Shown here piece by piece: positions 39,901-52,104 of a DNA stretch of 64,000 nucleotides (position 1 is its first letter; the number at the start of each line of letters is the position of its first letter). The position numbers and the translations under genes were made by a program. The notes below the pieces were generated by a model. It saw only the letters and a list, made by a program, of their open reading frames with translations. It ran no database searches and was not told the origin of the DNA. The stretch is from contig CM119371.1 in NCBI GenBank assembly GCA_051294905.1, forward strand, positions 25,978,001-26,042,000, in the 5' to 3' direction. The stretch comes from Botryllus schlosseri. Taxonomy: Eukaryota.

Positions 39901-40514
39901 TCGCCCTCTTTCCATCGACACATGCCACCTTGTTTTTATCGCTTGTCTTGTCGTGTTTTGTTAAGTTATCTTTAACTTTGCATTCGGTGTGCATGCCTCT
40001 TCTTTACATCACCTATAGGACCTCATGAGTGTCTGATTTCAAAGACTACTCCCAGTCGCTTTGACAGCCACCTATTTTTTCATTGTATTGTGTGGTGTAT
40101 TGATGTGATGAAACTGTTGATAATAAACTGGAATGGTTTAACCAAAGCGGAACAGTGAACCTCATGACAGTTTTCGCTGAAGTTTATACGCCGGATGTAT
40201 CTCGGCATCAGACTTGATGGTAATCGTCAGTTTTGGGTGACAGCAGCCGTCGATACTATTTAATCTCGAGCTTGCAGATTGCGAGATCAATACGAGTATA
40301 TAACCACTGAGCTATGGCGGCTATCGTGTTCGTTAAGGGTTAAATAACTCGAAATCCAGGCAGGGCATGAACGAGACAGCCTAGGTGCAAATATCCACCG
40401 CTCTGCTGTCAAATAGACAAATATCAGCGAAAGCTGTGCTCGGGGATGCAGATCTACAGTATGCGCGGCGAGTACAGCGTACACAACACACTTCCGATAC
40501 CAAGTTGCAATGAT

Positions 40515-40520
40515 TTTAAT
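40515..40520 (-). terminator. Putative polyadenylation signal (ATTAAA) of peptide gene A
   Basis: About 90 nt downstream of the TAA; the same hexamer occurs at the equivalent position in gene C (52013-52018). Confidence 0.5.
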
Positions 40521-40606
40521 ATATATACATGGTAGAGATCTACGTGCTATAACAGTCTGCTATAGATAGTCCTTGATGCCGTGATTTTGTCCGAAGCTTT
40601 GTAATG

Positions 40607-42241
40607 TTAGCCATGTCTGTAAGAAAAAGAAAAGACGCTGGTTCTCGTAAATCACTCAACTAAAACGCTGAGACGGACTACATTTCTAAACATTCTCTGT
40701 TTCGTATATTCAGATAAGTCAAGCCATTCGTTCCAATTCATATCAAGGATGCTTGATGATAATACCATAAAAACACGAAACCTCGTCCAATTATGATGTA
40801 GTCAGCAGTGGCCGACCATAAAAATATATGTTAAAACGCTCTACTTTGTTACTGGTTCATTTTCATGTTAATTCGTATCGTCACGAATCACCCTTTTCTC
40901 CGATGCCTATCGGAATATTTCCAAATCTTCAATTGATCTTCATTTGAGATTCGGTTATACGTTCGTTACCAACACAATGCATCACAACACGGTATATATA
41001 TATATATATATATACGGGTTGCCCGACATATGAGCATGCGACACAATGGAAAACGACAGTTCAGCATGGAACACATCAGCATGCGTCACTTCAGCATGTG
41101 ACTGTATAACCCAAAAACTTACCCTAACCCGAAACATAGCCTAACCTAACCTAACCTAGCCTAACCTAACCTAAATCCTAACCCTAACCCAACCATAAAC
41201 CTAACCTAACCTACCCCTAACCCGTAATTTAACCCACATGCACATGTGTCGCATGCCAAATTGTCGCATGCCGAAGTGTCGCATGCTGTAATGTCGCATG
41301 CTCATATGTCCACGGACCATATATACGGCGATAGTAGCAATGGTGGATTACAGTCACGAGAGGGGGGAGGGCAACCTTTGTGCCATTCACAGCCGCATTT
41401 CGGTAACTCATGTAGGGCTACGGTCGCATTTCAGGGCATATCCGTAATGAACTGACTGGACGCCAAATACCTATGTTATACTGTCAATGTCCATTTCCGG
41501 TGAAAGTCAGGATTAACCTATTCATTGATATCGGCTGACTATACTCACCGAAATGGCGAGTGGTCAATGTACATGTTATGAATTGGTACGTGGGAATAGC
41601 TATTATCGCTCCATGCGCGAGAAACTTTCAGATTGACGGATGAATTTCGTCACTAATGTTAGTAGTTTCATATATTACTATCAAACATTTATCCTTTCTC
41701 ACCCCATGTGATCAGATTCACCGGTAAAGTTGATGGATATGGTGTTTGCGTAACTTTCGGGCAAGTTATAAATGATGAAGGATCCTCGGGTGGGCTAATT
41801 GTTATTAGTCACTTTGTTGCATGCTGCTATTTGTTGACATCCCATGAGGATAGTCGGAATTTCAAGATAAATCAAAATCTTTCACCAAATCGAGAGTCAA
41901 TTCGAAAATTCGATTTGCATGTCGACTGCCGCCAACACATACTAATTGAATTACTTGTCGACGGCAGCACAAATTCCCTTCTACGGCCGGGTTGGCCTCC
42001 CCTGGTCATGAGAGTATTGAACTCACGTTATACTTTCACTAATAATGCACTTTCCATTGATGCAATCCGCCATTTCAAACCAGCCATATTCACAATCGCT
42101 AGCAACGGAACACTGTTCTGCAAAAATATACGGCTTGACCAGACAAACATGGTATCTGGCAACGGATAATTCCTTACCCGCCGTTGTAGCCTGAAACATA
42201 AAGAATGCAACGGATGCTACGAATACAGCGATCAGCTCCAT
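40607..42241 (-). CDS. Peptide gene A: 54-aa secreted four-Cys peptide precursor (coding exons 42241-42178, 42117-42027, 40616-40607)
   Basis: Spliced product MELIAVFVASVAFFMFQATTA|EQCSVASDCEYGWFEMADCINGKCIISESITHG*. Introns are GTAAGG...TTTTTGCAG (60 nt, phase 1) and GTGAGT...CTTTTTCTTACAG (phase 2). All splice sites and exon lengths (64/91/10 nt) are identical to paralog C. Confidence 0.88.
41016..41318. mobile_element. Merlin-like MITE with a (CCTAA/CCCTAA)n core, in intron 2 of gene A
   Basis: GG termini, imperfect TIR (GACATATGAGCATGCGACA), perfect 8-bp TSD ATATATAC; absent from the gene C intron. Confidence 0.8.
41361..42004 (-). mobile_element. hAT MITE (family of 2081-2758) inserted about 20 nt into intron 2 of gene A
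   Basis: Colinear with 2081-2758; TSD GTCACGAG/GTCATGAG; empty site in gene C (TTTTCGTGACTGGTATCC). Confidence 0.88.
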
Positions 42242-42428
42242 ATTGTTCAGCTTCTACGTTTTCACACCTCAATATATCTAAAAACAGTAACATATGCCAT
42301 ATCAGTAAATACTACAGTGGGCGCAGAGGCTCTAGAGGCTTTGGATTCTTAGCTATAAAAATTATTTCGTATCATTCTTCAAATATTATCACGTTGGTAT
42401 CAGCAGACCTGTTAACGTCTTTAAATTA

Positions 42429-42476
42429 CGAAGACATTAGACGCATGAAATCAAAAGTGACTAATTGATATATAAT
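42429..42476 (-). promoter_or_regulatory. Putative core promoter and short non-coding first exon of gene A
   Basis: TATATA-like element, TCA initiator-like site and TTC|GTAATT donor (42429). The acceptor TTTTTAG at 42278 lies 36 nt before the ATG. The layout is conserved in copies B and C. Confidence 0.5.
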
Positions 42477-42835
42477 CAGTAGTCTACATTGCGATGCAGT
42501 ATAATTCGACATGAATTAGTCACAGCTTACGATCAGGGGCCATTAGTTATGTGGTGGAAGTGTTGAATAAGTTTAATGTAACCCTCATAGCTGAGTAGCC
42601 TGAATACATGATGTACTACACATGGATGGTGATACCGTTCCGTATTATAATCCGACATCTTCCTCATGCTTACGAATCACAGAACTGTGCCAACCGTATG
42701 TCCTGGTAAAAGGCAGATCTGCTATGTGCTAATATTTTTTATAATTTTCATGTAGAAATACCATTCCATATCTGGTACTGTAAATTACTAGTAATCAAAT
42801 TCACATGGAGTATTATTCCTTCATGTCATTCCAAC

Positions 42836-43181
42836 GAGAGTAGAGCAACGAGAAAATTTTCAACTTTTCCGAATTAGATTATAATTAGAATTATAACTAT
42901 AAAGTTTTTTCCAAATTAGATTAGAGTTAGAATTACTGAATTCGCGAAAACTCGGATCAAGCACAGTTCACATCAAGTCATATTAGTTCATTCTCATAAG
43001 AGAATGGTGAGTGTCTGTATAGCAAGCTTGGCTTTTTTCGCGCTATGCAGTTCTCCTATAGCATTTCCAGGATAACAGCATAGAAACATTTCAAACATTA
43101 GATTAGAATTAGACTATATTACCGGCTTTTGCTCTAATTGGTGTAATTAGTCAACTAGAATTATCTAATAGTCAAACAGTG
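42836..43181. mobile_element. ATTAGA-repeat-rich insertion shared by cassettes A and B (about 45963-46540) and absent from C
   Basis: Flanked by ATTCCAAC direct repeats in A. The flanks join directly in C near 53415-53425. No clear TIR. Confidence 0.6.
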
Positions 43182-43355
43182 ATTCCAACCGAGTTAAGAT
43201 TCAAGTACACGACCAGATTCATAGAAATCGTATATTCGTATCTGATTCAAATCGAGCTAAAATTTTAAAACCCAGATTGGCAACTCTGAAGGAGAATCGG
43301 CGTTGAAGTTGTTATATCCGCAACAATGAGTGATTTGAACACAGCGCCTGTGTAT

Positions 43356-43745
43356 TAGTGCGGAGTGGATCGACAAATTCTCTGGTCCGGCTCCGGCCGT
43401 ATCAGGAAAAGTACTGATCCGGCTCCAATCCGGTCCGGCCAAAAATGTAGAAGTCCGGCCAGAAATCCGGCCCTACTCGGTACGGAGGTTCCGTGAATTG
43501 ATAAATATGCCTCGTCTATGTTCACACTGCCTTGGAGGTTATTTACGTGTGGTTGGTTGGTAGTTATATAGTCATAAAAGTCATGCTTATCCATAAAGAT
43601 TCTGGCCGGATCAAAAAAGTAGTGATCCGGCTCCAATCCGGCTGTGGCCGTAACTGAAAAATACTGATCCGGCTCCGATCCGGTCCGGCCAAAATTGTAA
43701 AAATCCGGCCGGATATCCAATCCGGCTCCGGTCCATGCTCCGCAT
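43356..43745. mobile_element. MITE-like insertion with TCCGGCTCC/ATCCGG subterminal repeats, specific to cassette A
   Basis: Interrupts CACCTGTG(A/T)ATGCGCGCC, which is continuous in B and C. Imperfect terminal inversion (TGCGGAG / CTCCGCA); TSD not resolved. Confidence 0.6.
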
Positions 43746-43820
43746 GCGCTCCCGATCGGCAGATAAAGAAAGAGAACGGCTAGATAACCATGCAATTCTT
43801 TCTATACGGAGACTAATTAG

Positions 43821-44425
43821 TAGGGAAAGTTTCTGCTGCACTAAAATCACGAGAAAGTTGTACTCAATTTTAACAAAAGTTGCAGTAAAAAGTCGCATTT
43901 ACAATTCTTTAGAATTATTAGGGTATGATATACTAGAAAGGTGATTTTGTATAGCCTAATAGTTCAAGATTTGCAGTATATCTGATTATTTGTTTTCTTT
44001 CTTCACTATTCAATCGATCATGTATACACTTTTATGTTATTTAGCTTTCAAGCCTACATGGCAGCATTTCGCTATCAGCTCCTGTAGAGCTGTCAAATTC
44101 GGCACTTCCCCATTTCTTGCTTGCAAGCCATTGCGTCGTAGATAGCATTGAGATGCAGATAGTCCATCACATAGCTCTTTTTTTAGGCAAATCAAAGAGG
44201 GAATCATACTAGAAATAATTTTATAGCATGTTTTTTATATCATTCGTTTACATTTTGCGCAATACTTGATAAAATCTGCAATAAGACGTTGAATGAAAAT
44301 ATAGAAAATGTTGCACTATAAAATTCCTCCAAGCAGCTTAAAACATCATGGTACATGTATTTTGAGCATTTAGGAAGTTCGCGGCAGCTGTAAAAAAGTT
44401 GCAAAAGCTGCAAAAACTTGCCCTA
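43821..44425. mobile_element. hAT MITE (TAGGG(A/C)AAGTTT termini), specific to cassette A
   Basis: TIR TAGGGAAAGTTT / AAACTTGCCCTA; partial TSD CTAATTAG/CTAATCAT; empty site in B (GACGAATCATCC). A further 3' fragment lies at about 47460-47635. Confidence 0.75.
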
Positions 44426-44429
44426 CTAA

Positions 44430-44975
44430 TCATCCTTTTCCCCATCCTTACTTAAGACTGGGAATTACTGGAGGAGAGGATAACAATTTTCAGTTTCGTT
44501 CCAATACGGTTCTCTCTGTGCATTGTTCTGTGATATTTACTTCCGTCGTGTCAGGCTTTCGAAAAGTATATCATCCTTTAATATGTTTAATAAACTGTGG
44601 TAAATATAGATGTTTGTTTAATGACATTATATTGACATCACAATCCCGACGCCAGCCACTCCTCACCAGATTGACCAATTCAGGACGAAAATATACCCGA
44701 ACTACCGACACATATCCAGTATCCATAAACGAGAATTGTGCCAGCGGGAGAAAATAAACAGAGCGAGAGAAGCCAACATGTTCTCGTTGAGCAGCAGCGA
44801 TCGCAACATCGCTTCCCATTGGTCCTGGCCGCCAGATATTGTTGCACGCTCCGATGCTGACAGACTCTCGTTTTGCAGTAAATAGTCGCAAACCGTTCGC
44901 GCGTATCAAAACGACCGCAGACGCAAACTTCAAAGGTAAGGTCTTCGGAGCGGTTTTGGTTGCGCCCAGAATCTA
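44430..44975. repeat. Far-upstream block of the triplicated cassette, copy A
   Basis: Colinear with 46790-47335 and 61259-61880. It contains ATTGG (CCAAT box) in all three copies and TTTTGCAG...AAAG|GTAAGG in A and B. Confidence 0.85.
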
Positions 44976-45314
44976 GATAAGGGGCGGCCAACCCGTGGCC
45001 CGCGAGAAGGTTTTGAGTGGCCCGCGAGGAAATTATCAAAACATAATTACTCTGGTAATTTATTGTGAACTCGCAAGGTCTATCAAAAATTTGATTGGCC
45101 TGACCGGGAAATCTGGGATGTTGATAGCTAAAATATCAGCTACGACGCATGAACGTAGCCAAGGGCCAGCCACATTTTCTTAGATATTCGTATATCGCCT
45201 TGAAGTAGAATATTTCGCAGATTTATTTGATTTTAAATTTTTCTTCGACCTTCACACCATTTATTGTCACTCGAATTCTGGCTTTTAGTATTGGTACCCT
45301 CTTCAGAATTGAGT

Positions 45315-45573
45315 CTAACTATATACTACAGCGATCAGCTTCATATTCAACGTGTTCACACCTCAACACACCTAAAAATATAAACATAGGCCATGCCAGT
45401 AAATGCTACAGTGGGCGCAGAGGCAATAGGCAATAGGCTTTAGATTGTTAGCAATAAGAATTATTTCACCGCATTTTTCAAGGATTATAACGTTGATACC
45501 GGCTGAACAGTTAACGTCTTTAAATTACGAATACATTTTAACATATGAACTCTAAAATTGATCAGTTTATATG
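45315..45573 (-). pseudogene. Peptide gene copy B: promoter and first codons only (MKLIAV then divergence, stop at 45317-45315)
   Basis: Upstream region colinear with A and C (CATATAAA, GTAATT donor at 45528, TTTTTAG acceptor at 45372). ATG at 45344; homology ends near codon 7, and exons 2-3 are missing. Confidence 0.82.
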
Positions 45574-46789
45574 TATAATATCTAGTGTACATTGCGATGT
45601 AGTATAATTCGACATGAATTAGTCACAGCTTACGATCAGTATGTAATGTATGTATGTAATGTATGTATGTAATGGAAAGTGATGAATAAGTTTAATGTGA
45701 CCCACATAGATGAGTAGCCAGAATACGTGATGTACTATAAATGGATGGTGATTCGTTCGTGATACCGTGCCGTATTATAATCCGATATCTTGCGCGTGCT
45801 TACGAATCGTTAAACTGTGCGAACCTTATGTCCTGCTAGAATTCAGGCCTGCTCTGGGATAATATTTTAGTAATTTTCATCTGGAAATCCAATTACGTAT
45901 CCGGTACTGTAAATTACTAGTAATCAAATTTACATATAAGATTATACCTCGATGATATTCTAAATAGAGTTTAGGGATTACAAAATCTTCGCTTTTTCGA
46001 AATTAGATTAGAATTAGAATTACAGTTGCACTTTTTTTATTCGAATTAGACCGGAATTACTATTATAGCTACAAAGTTTTTTTTTCAAATAAGATTAGAA
46101 TTAGAATTACTGAATTCGCGAAAACTTGGATCAAGCTCAGTTCATATCAAATTATAGTTTATTTTCCTTGGTTGGTTGGTTGGCAGTAAAATTTGAAATT
46201 TATTTTTATTAAATTTAAAAATTTCAATTGGCTCCAAGGCAGCCCAGGCTGGTTGGAATTGGGTCAGATTTGGTCTGCAGCCTATTGTAGGCAGCCTAAC
46301 AATTTAATCATTGAATCGCCAGAATCCGGGGGAAAAATCTTACTTTTGAGCAACCACCCTACTGTACGACAAGTATGGTTTTTTTCGCACCATGCAGTTC
46401 CATAGCTTTTTCAGGATTACCAGAAGTTACATTAGAATTACATGAATAGAAACATTTTCCACATTGGATTAGAATTAGATTACCGACATTTCATTCTAAT
46501 TACTCAAATTATGCAACTGAAATTATTTAGTTGTCCATGTCCTGTTCCAATCAAGTCAAGATTTAAGCACACTACCAGAGTCGTAGAAATCGTAAGTTTG
46601 TATCTGATTCAAATCGAGCTAAAATTCCAAAACTCGGATAGGCAATTCTGAACGAGAATCGGCGTGGAAATCGTTATATCCGCAACAAGAAGTGATTTGA
46701 CTACAGCACCTGTGAATGCGCGCCTGGTTCGGCAAACAAAGAAATAGGATGACTAGATAACCATGCAATTCTCTCTCTACAGAGACGAA

Positions 46790-47335
46790 TCATCCTTTTC
46801 CCCATCCTTACTTGAGACTGTGAATCACTAGAGGAGACGATCACAATTTCCAGTTTTGTTGCATTGCGATTCTTATTGTGTATTGTGCTGTGATATTTAT
46901 TTTTGTCGTGTCAGGCTTTCGGAAAGGTATATCATCCTTTATTATGTTTAATAAACTGAGGTAAACATAGATTTTGTTTAATGACATTTTATTGACATGA
47001 CAATCCCGACGCCAACCAATCCCCACCAGATTGACATATTCAGGACGAAAATATATCCGAACTACCGAAACATATCCAGTATCTACAAAGGAGAATGGTG
47101 TCAGCGGAAAAAAATAAACAGAGCGAGAGAAGTCAACACTTTCCGGTTGAGCCGAATCGATCGCAACATCGCTACTCATTGGTCGCGCCCACTAGATATT
47201 GTTGCACGCTCCGATGCCGACAGACTCTCGTTTTGCAGCAAATTGTCGCAAACCGTTCGCGCGTATCAAAACAACCGCAGACGCAGACCACAAAGGTAAG
47301 GTATACAGAACGGGTTCGGTTCCGTCCAGAATCTT
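46790..47335. repeat. Far-upstream block, copy B
   Basis: Colinear with 44430-44975 and directly contiguous with the B upstream region. Confidence 0.85.
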
Positions 47336-49021
47336 TAACGCTCGGTTTATTAGCATTTTTTATCAGTTCAATGCACCACAAAAATGCGATAAAATGACAA
47401 TGACAGTGAAAGAATCCAGCGATCTATTCACATATAGTGCCAAATATTTCCAGTAAAAAGTTAGTTGCATGTAAAATCGAAAAGAATTTGCAAAAATGTG
47501 CATCGGAAATCAAAGAACGTTGCAATATAAGAATCCTCCAAACAGCCTGAAATACCATACTACATAACTTCTGAGTATTTAGGAAGCTGCCGGAAGCTGT
47601 AAAAAAAGTTGCAAAAGTTGCAAAAACTTGCCCTAATAATGACACTTGAAATAGGCGCAGTCTTCGAACGCATACTTAGTTTCCGTACTATAGGGTGCAA
47701 ACTTTCCCAGCATTACTCTCTACTTCTACTTTACTACAAAACCAAAAGATTAAAAAGTAAGTAGTGATGCTCAAATACTGTTTTGGGAACTAGATGTGAA
47801 AATAGTCTGTCAATGGAGTGAGTACTGTAAATAGTCAAAACAAGTCCCAGATTTTTATTCGTTCAATGACACGATTCGAAAGTGGTGCGGTGATATTCTA
47901 TGTCGAACTCGATAATAATATCATACCAAAAATCACAAACGTCCCCCTAATTTTAGTTCGGACACATGATGATTTCGGGAGGTACTTCCCATGAGCTCCT
48001 CCGATGTTGTTAGATCTGTGGTAAGTTAATGAAAGTATGCTATAAAAATGTAACGTCTCTGTCTGTTAGATTATGTTTTCGTGGAGAGCGTGTGAACAAT
48101 GTACTGAATCAATTTTGACTATGAGCGTTGGAGGACTGGCACTTGCTTAGGCACGTGTTATGCATGGTAACTCCATACTGCAATCTGAAAACAGTCTGGC
48201 ATAAAGTCGTGGTACTGTGAGATCGCATTGCATTTGTTAAATGCTACATTTGTTTCACATCATCACGAATTCTCACTTGTACTACTGTGGACATGTATTT
48301 CTTATCACGGTGAGATATGCGTATGTGCTGTGTAGTTATTTGAGCTAGGCCTAATTGAGGAACAGTGTAATTCGATTCCGATTCGAATGTCCACCGGTCG
48401 TGTCCTCCGAAATATCAGAGAGCTGCTGTGGTAAATCTTCTGGTGAGGAATATCATATTAACTTATCAACGTGATTTGCACCACTCAATTAAAAGAAATA
48501 TTAATATTGATATGGATCACGTCAGAAAAGAATATTCATAGTTGCAATTGATGGGAGCCACGTCAGCCATGGCGGCGGTATCCGCATTCGGCTTCTTCCG
48601 TCTCTAAAGCAGCGTCAGGAGCATGAAACGACGGGCAGCGGCTCGGAACGAGTCCGTGTATATGGGGTTGCCACAGCGGAACAGTGAACCTCGTAACAGT
48701 TTCGGCTGAAGTGTATACGACGGCTTTTTCCCGGCACTGAACTGAGTGGTGCTCGTCAGCAGATGGGTTTTGGGTGACAGCGGTCGACGTGGTTTAATGT
48801 CAGGCTTACAGATTGCAACACCAATGCTAGTATATGACACTGAGCTGTGGGGGCTGTTGCCTTCGACAATTGCTGGATAACAAAAATATTGAGCAGGGTA
48901 TGAACTCAACAGCGTTGGCGAAAATATTCTCGGGTCAACCATCAAAGAGAAGAGGATCAGTGAAAGCTATGCTCCGAGATTCAGATCAATAGCATGACCT
49001 GCGACTATACAGTGTACACAC

Positions 49022-51969
49022 CAGACATGGGGTAATCGCGATTAGTAATCGTAATCGATTACGACGATTACAGCATTTTGAAGTAATCGTAATCGCAATC
49101 GATTACATTCGAAAAAAATCCGAAGTAATCGTAATCGTAATCGACTACTTCCCATATCTAATCGATTTGTTTGTGAAAGAACGATTACTTTTTGTTTGTA
49201 CAAGGACTATGACATAAACTGAATATTCGTGAACAAGAATGAGATAATATACCACGTTAGTGTTAGCACAAACGTCTGTTTTCAAACGCCACTGACTCAT
49301 TATTACGTCAGAAGTATTAGCTCCGCTCGTCATTGCGTAACAAGTATCCACACATAGTAAACAGACGTGCGATGGACATTGTAGTGTGATTGTAAGAACA
49401 CCTCCCGTGGTGTATATCAGGGTATCAATACACTACAGAAGCCGCTACCTTGCAGCAGGATATTGATCACCACTCTGCCTATAGTTTCAAATAGTAACTT
49501 ATGTATTAATGTTTGGTTGTGCTTAGTTAAAAGCAGTTTACCATTGCTGCTTGGCGAGCAGGAGGCCTACGTACGCACGTGCACTTGACGAAGATTCGGA
49601 ATTTTGTACTCGTCGAATAAGACATTGCAGTTTCCACAACGAAGCATTACAAATAAACAGCTGCTGATATATATCATAACCGAGCCGTGCTTAGCCGTTT
49701 CTCGTAACAGCAGCTCGCTTTATATGTATTAAGTTGAAGGCAGAATTTTTATGTTAACCATATCTTATTCTCATATAACTACTTGAAACGGGCGTCAATC
49801 GTTGTTTCACAGTCCGTTACTAAGCATTTGGACCTGCCGCCATAACCATCCGCTTATATAGCCTGGCATGTTAGCGTGGGTTGTAGCTAGAATCAGCAAT
49901 TCAGCCAAAACAGCAATTCCCCTGTCCAACAGTTGGTCAATTTTCAAAAGTGAATTTCGTCAATAATATTGGTCATTGCATTATATTACTATTCATTTAT
50001 AACCTCTATGAGCCCCGAGTGTCAGATTTACCTGTAAAGCTGGGGGACGTAATTCATATTCATAGCATCTGGTATGTTGTTATAATTACTGTATGTTGTT
50101 AATTCGCGACCTCCAGTCCGTTGTATAATCACAAGATATTGTACTCGCCCAAACGTAGCAGACTAAAATAATATCTTTTGTGAGACGCACACACAAATTG
50201 TCATGGCTTTATTCTTTTGTGGATGCGCCGGGTGACATTTGCATTGTGGGCCCAGATCGGAAGGACAGGAGTTATTAGTCCCGCCCACTTAGCGCGGCTA
50301 TTGACAATGGACGAATACCATAAGTTTCGGCCAAGGTATTTCTTTGGTATCACATCCCGTGGAGTTGCGTGTTGGCCGAAACTGCATATGTGTTTTGGTG
50401 TGTTGTGGGATCGTGGCACGGTAATGACCGGCTACGAAATGCCTGTTCCCATAAAATATAGCCTATGTATGTTTTTTCTTGAGGGGAAGAGGTAGGCATT
50501 TCAAACCCAGCTATCTACTGGAGCAGGGGTCACCAACTGTTTTGAAACAAAAAGCTACTTCTTTTGTAGTGTGTTCTGATTATTGCGACGACCGACGGGT
50601 TACCTCGTACTCCCGTCGTTTATCCATGTTAAGTTGGATTTCTTCACTTAGAGTAAGACAATCAGAGCACTGGGCCGGGTTTCCGCCCCTTACCAAGAAA
50701 AAAACGCTCACTCGCAGGGACTCACACCAGCTCCTCCAAGCTCAGTTGCGTTGCTGCAGTGCGCGCAGAAGCGCCGATCTCCGCGTCTAGACTCGGGAAT
50801 ATTAACTATATAGATTCCCGTTGAGCCGCCGCGTGGGCGAAGACAAGCAATGCCCCGAGCGACTGCGTTCGTATGTTCCTTGGCGTCGGCCGACCCATGT
50901 TCGACTGCTGCTCATATGAAACGAGCTTCAACTATCAAATCTCTCATTTGGATATTTGCTACAGCGCAGTGGTGGCCATACGAACGTGGGGGGGGGGGGC
51001 TTGGCGAGACTTACCGGGGGCCCCCTATAAGTATCTATCCGTAACTTATGGGGGGCTTCGCCCCCCAGACCCCTCTTTCGCATCTGTTATTATTATCTAT
51101 CTATCAAGGTTTGGCCAGATGCTGGATTCGGCCATGTTTATTTTTTCATGTGTGCAAAGATACACGACATTAAAACTAAGTAATTCTACCGCATGCAGAG
51201 ACGTGATGATTATCGGGATATGGTACTTTTCTAACAAATGCAGAGATTTGATGATGATTGACACATCTGTACGGAATCCTATTCTTGCTTTACACGGATT
51301 TCCATGTTTATTCGTTATTATCCTTGAAAAAAGCGCATAATCCAAATAGGGGAGCCCTTCGGTCAGCCCCCCCTGGTGACCGCCCACCTCGCCCACCCCA
51401 AAAGCCACCACTACTACAGCGACCGCGGGCGACTCATTTGGTCCGCGTTGGTGACCCGTGTACTAGAGATATTTGAATCGCAAAGCTCGAAAAACATTTA
51501 CAAGAATTAATTAAATTCTCGAAAATGCTCTATAATATGTGTTGGTTTACGAAATACTTTTGAGTCCCCTTCGAGCACGCTCCCCACTCTATTAAGGAAT
51601 TTGGGGCGCGGCAGGTAAAGACCTGGCAATAATGCAAATCGTTGGATGCGATAAATCATCTACTATAAAGTTGGGCAATTGATATATTATGACGTAATAA
51701 GCAAATGACGCATGATGAAGAAAGTTGATATCTCATTAAGCCTTTTCATCGCAATCCTTGTATTGTCTTCCCATATATAATTTAAGATTATAGTCCTAAG
51801 CAAAACAAATGTAATCGTGAGTAATCGTGATTACTTTTGAAATGTAATCGTAATCGTAATCGACTACTTCCTGATTTTGCTGTAATCGTAATCGTAATCG
51901 TAATCGCGTGATTCCGAAGTAATCGTAATCGCAATCGATTACATTCATAAAGTAATCACCCCATGTCTG
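49022..51969. mobile_element. hAT-type element with GTAATC subterminal arrays, inserted just past the 3' end of gene C
   Basis: TIR CAGACATGGGG / CCCCATGTCTG; perfect TSD GTACACAC. The empty site in cassette A lies near 40478-40490. Confidence 0.92.
50524..51460. mobile_element. hAT MITE nested in 49022-51969
   Basis: TIR CAGGGGTCACCAAC / GTTGGTGACCCGTG; TSD TACTGGAG/TACTAGAG. Confidence 0.85.
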
Positions 51970-52104
51970 GTACACACATTGAATACCACTTTGCCATCAT
52001 TGATAATATACTTTTAATTTATGCACGGTAGAGGTATATGCGCTATCACACGTCAATTACGAATAGGTAAATCGCCTTGTGATTTTGTCCTTGGCTTTGC
52101 GATG

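Noticed and set aside
42023-42241. 72-aa single-exon ORF from the ORF track
   Set aside because: It reads through a canonical 60-nt intron and stops inside the next GTGAGT donor. The paralog's 61-nt intron proves splicing, so it is replaced by the three-exon model.
43355-43795. 146-aa ORF with repeated PDxxxFGRTG-like motifs
   Set aside because: It coincides with the CCGG-repeat MITE present only in cassette A.
44571-47456. ORFs of 100-120 aa in the far-upstream block copies
   Set aside because: Starts, stops and frames differ among the three copies; the shared peptide similarity only reflects DNA duplication.
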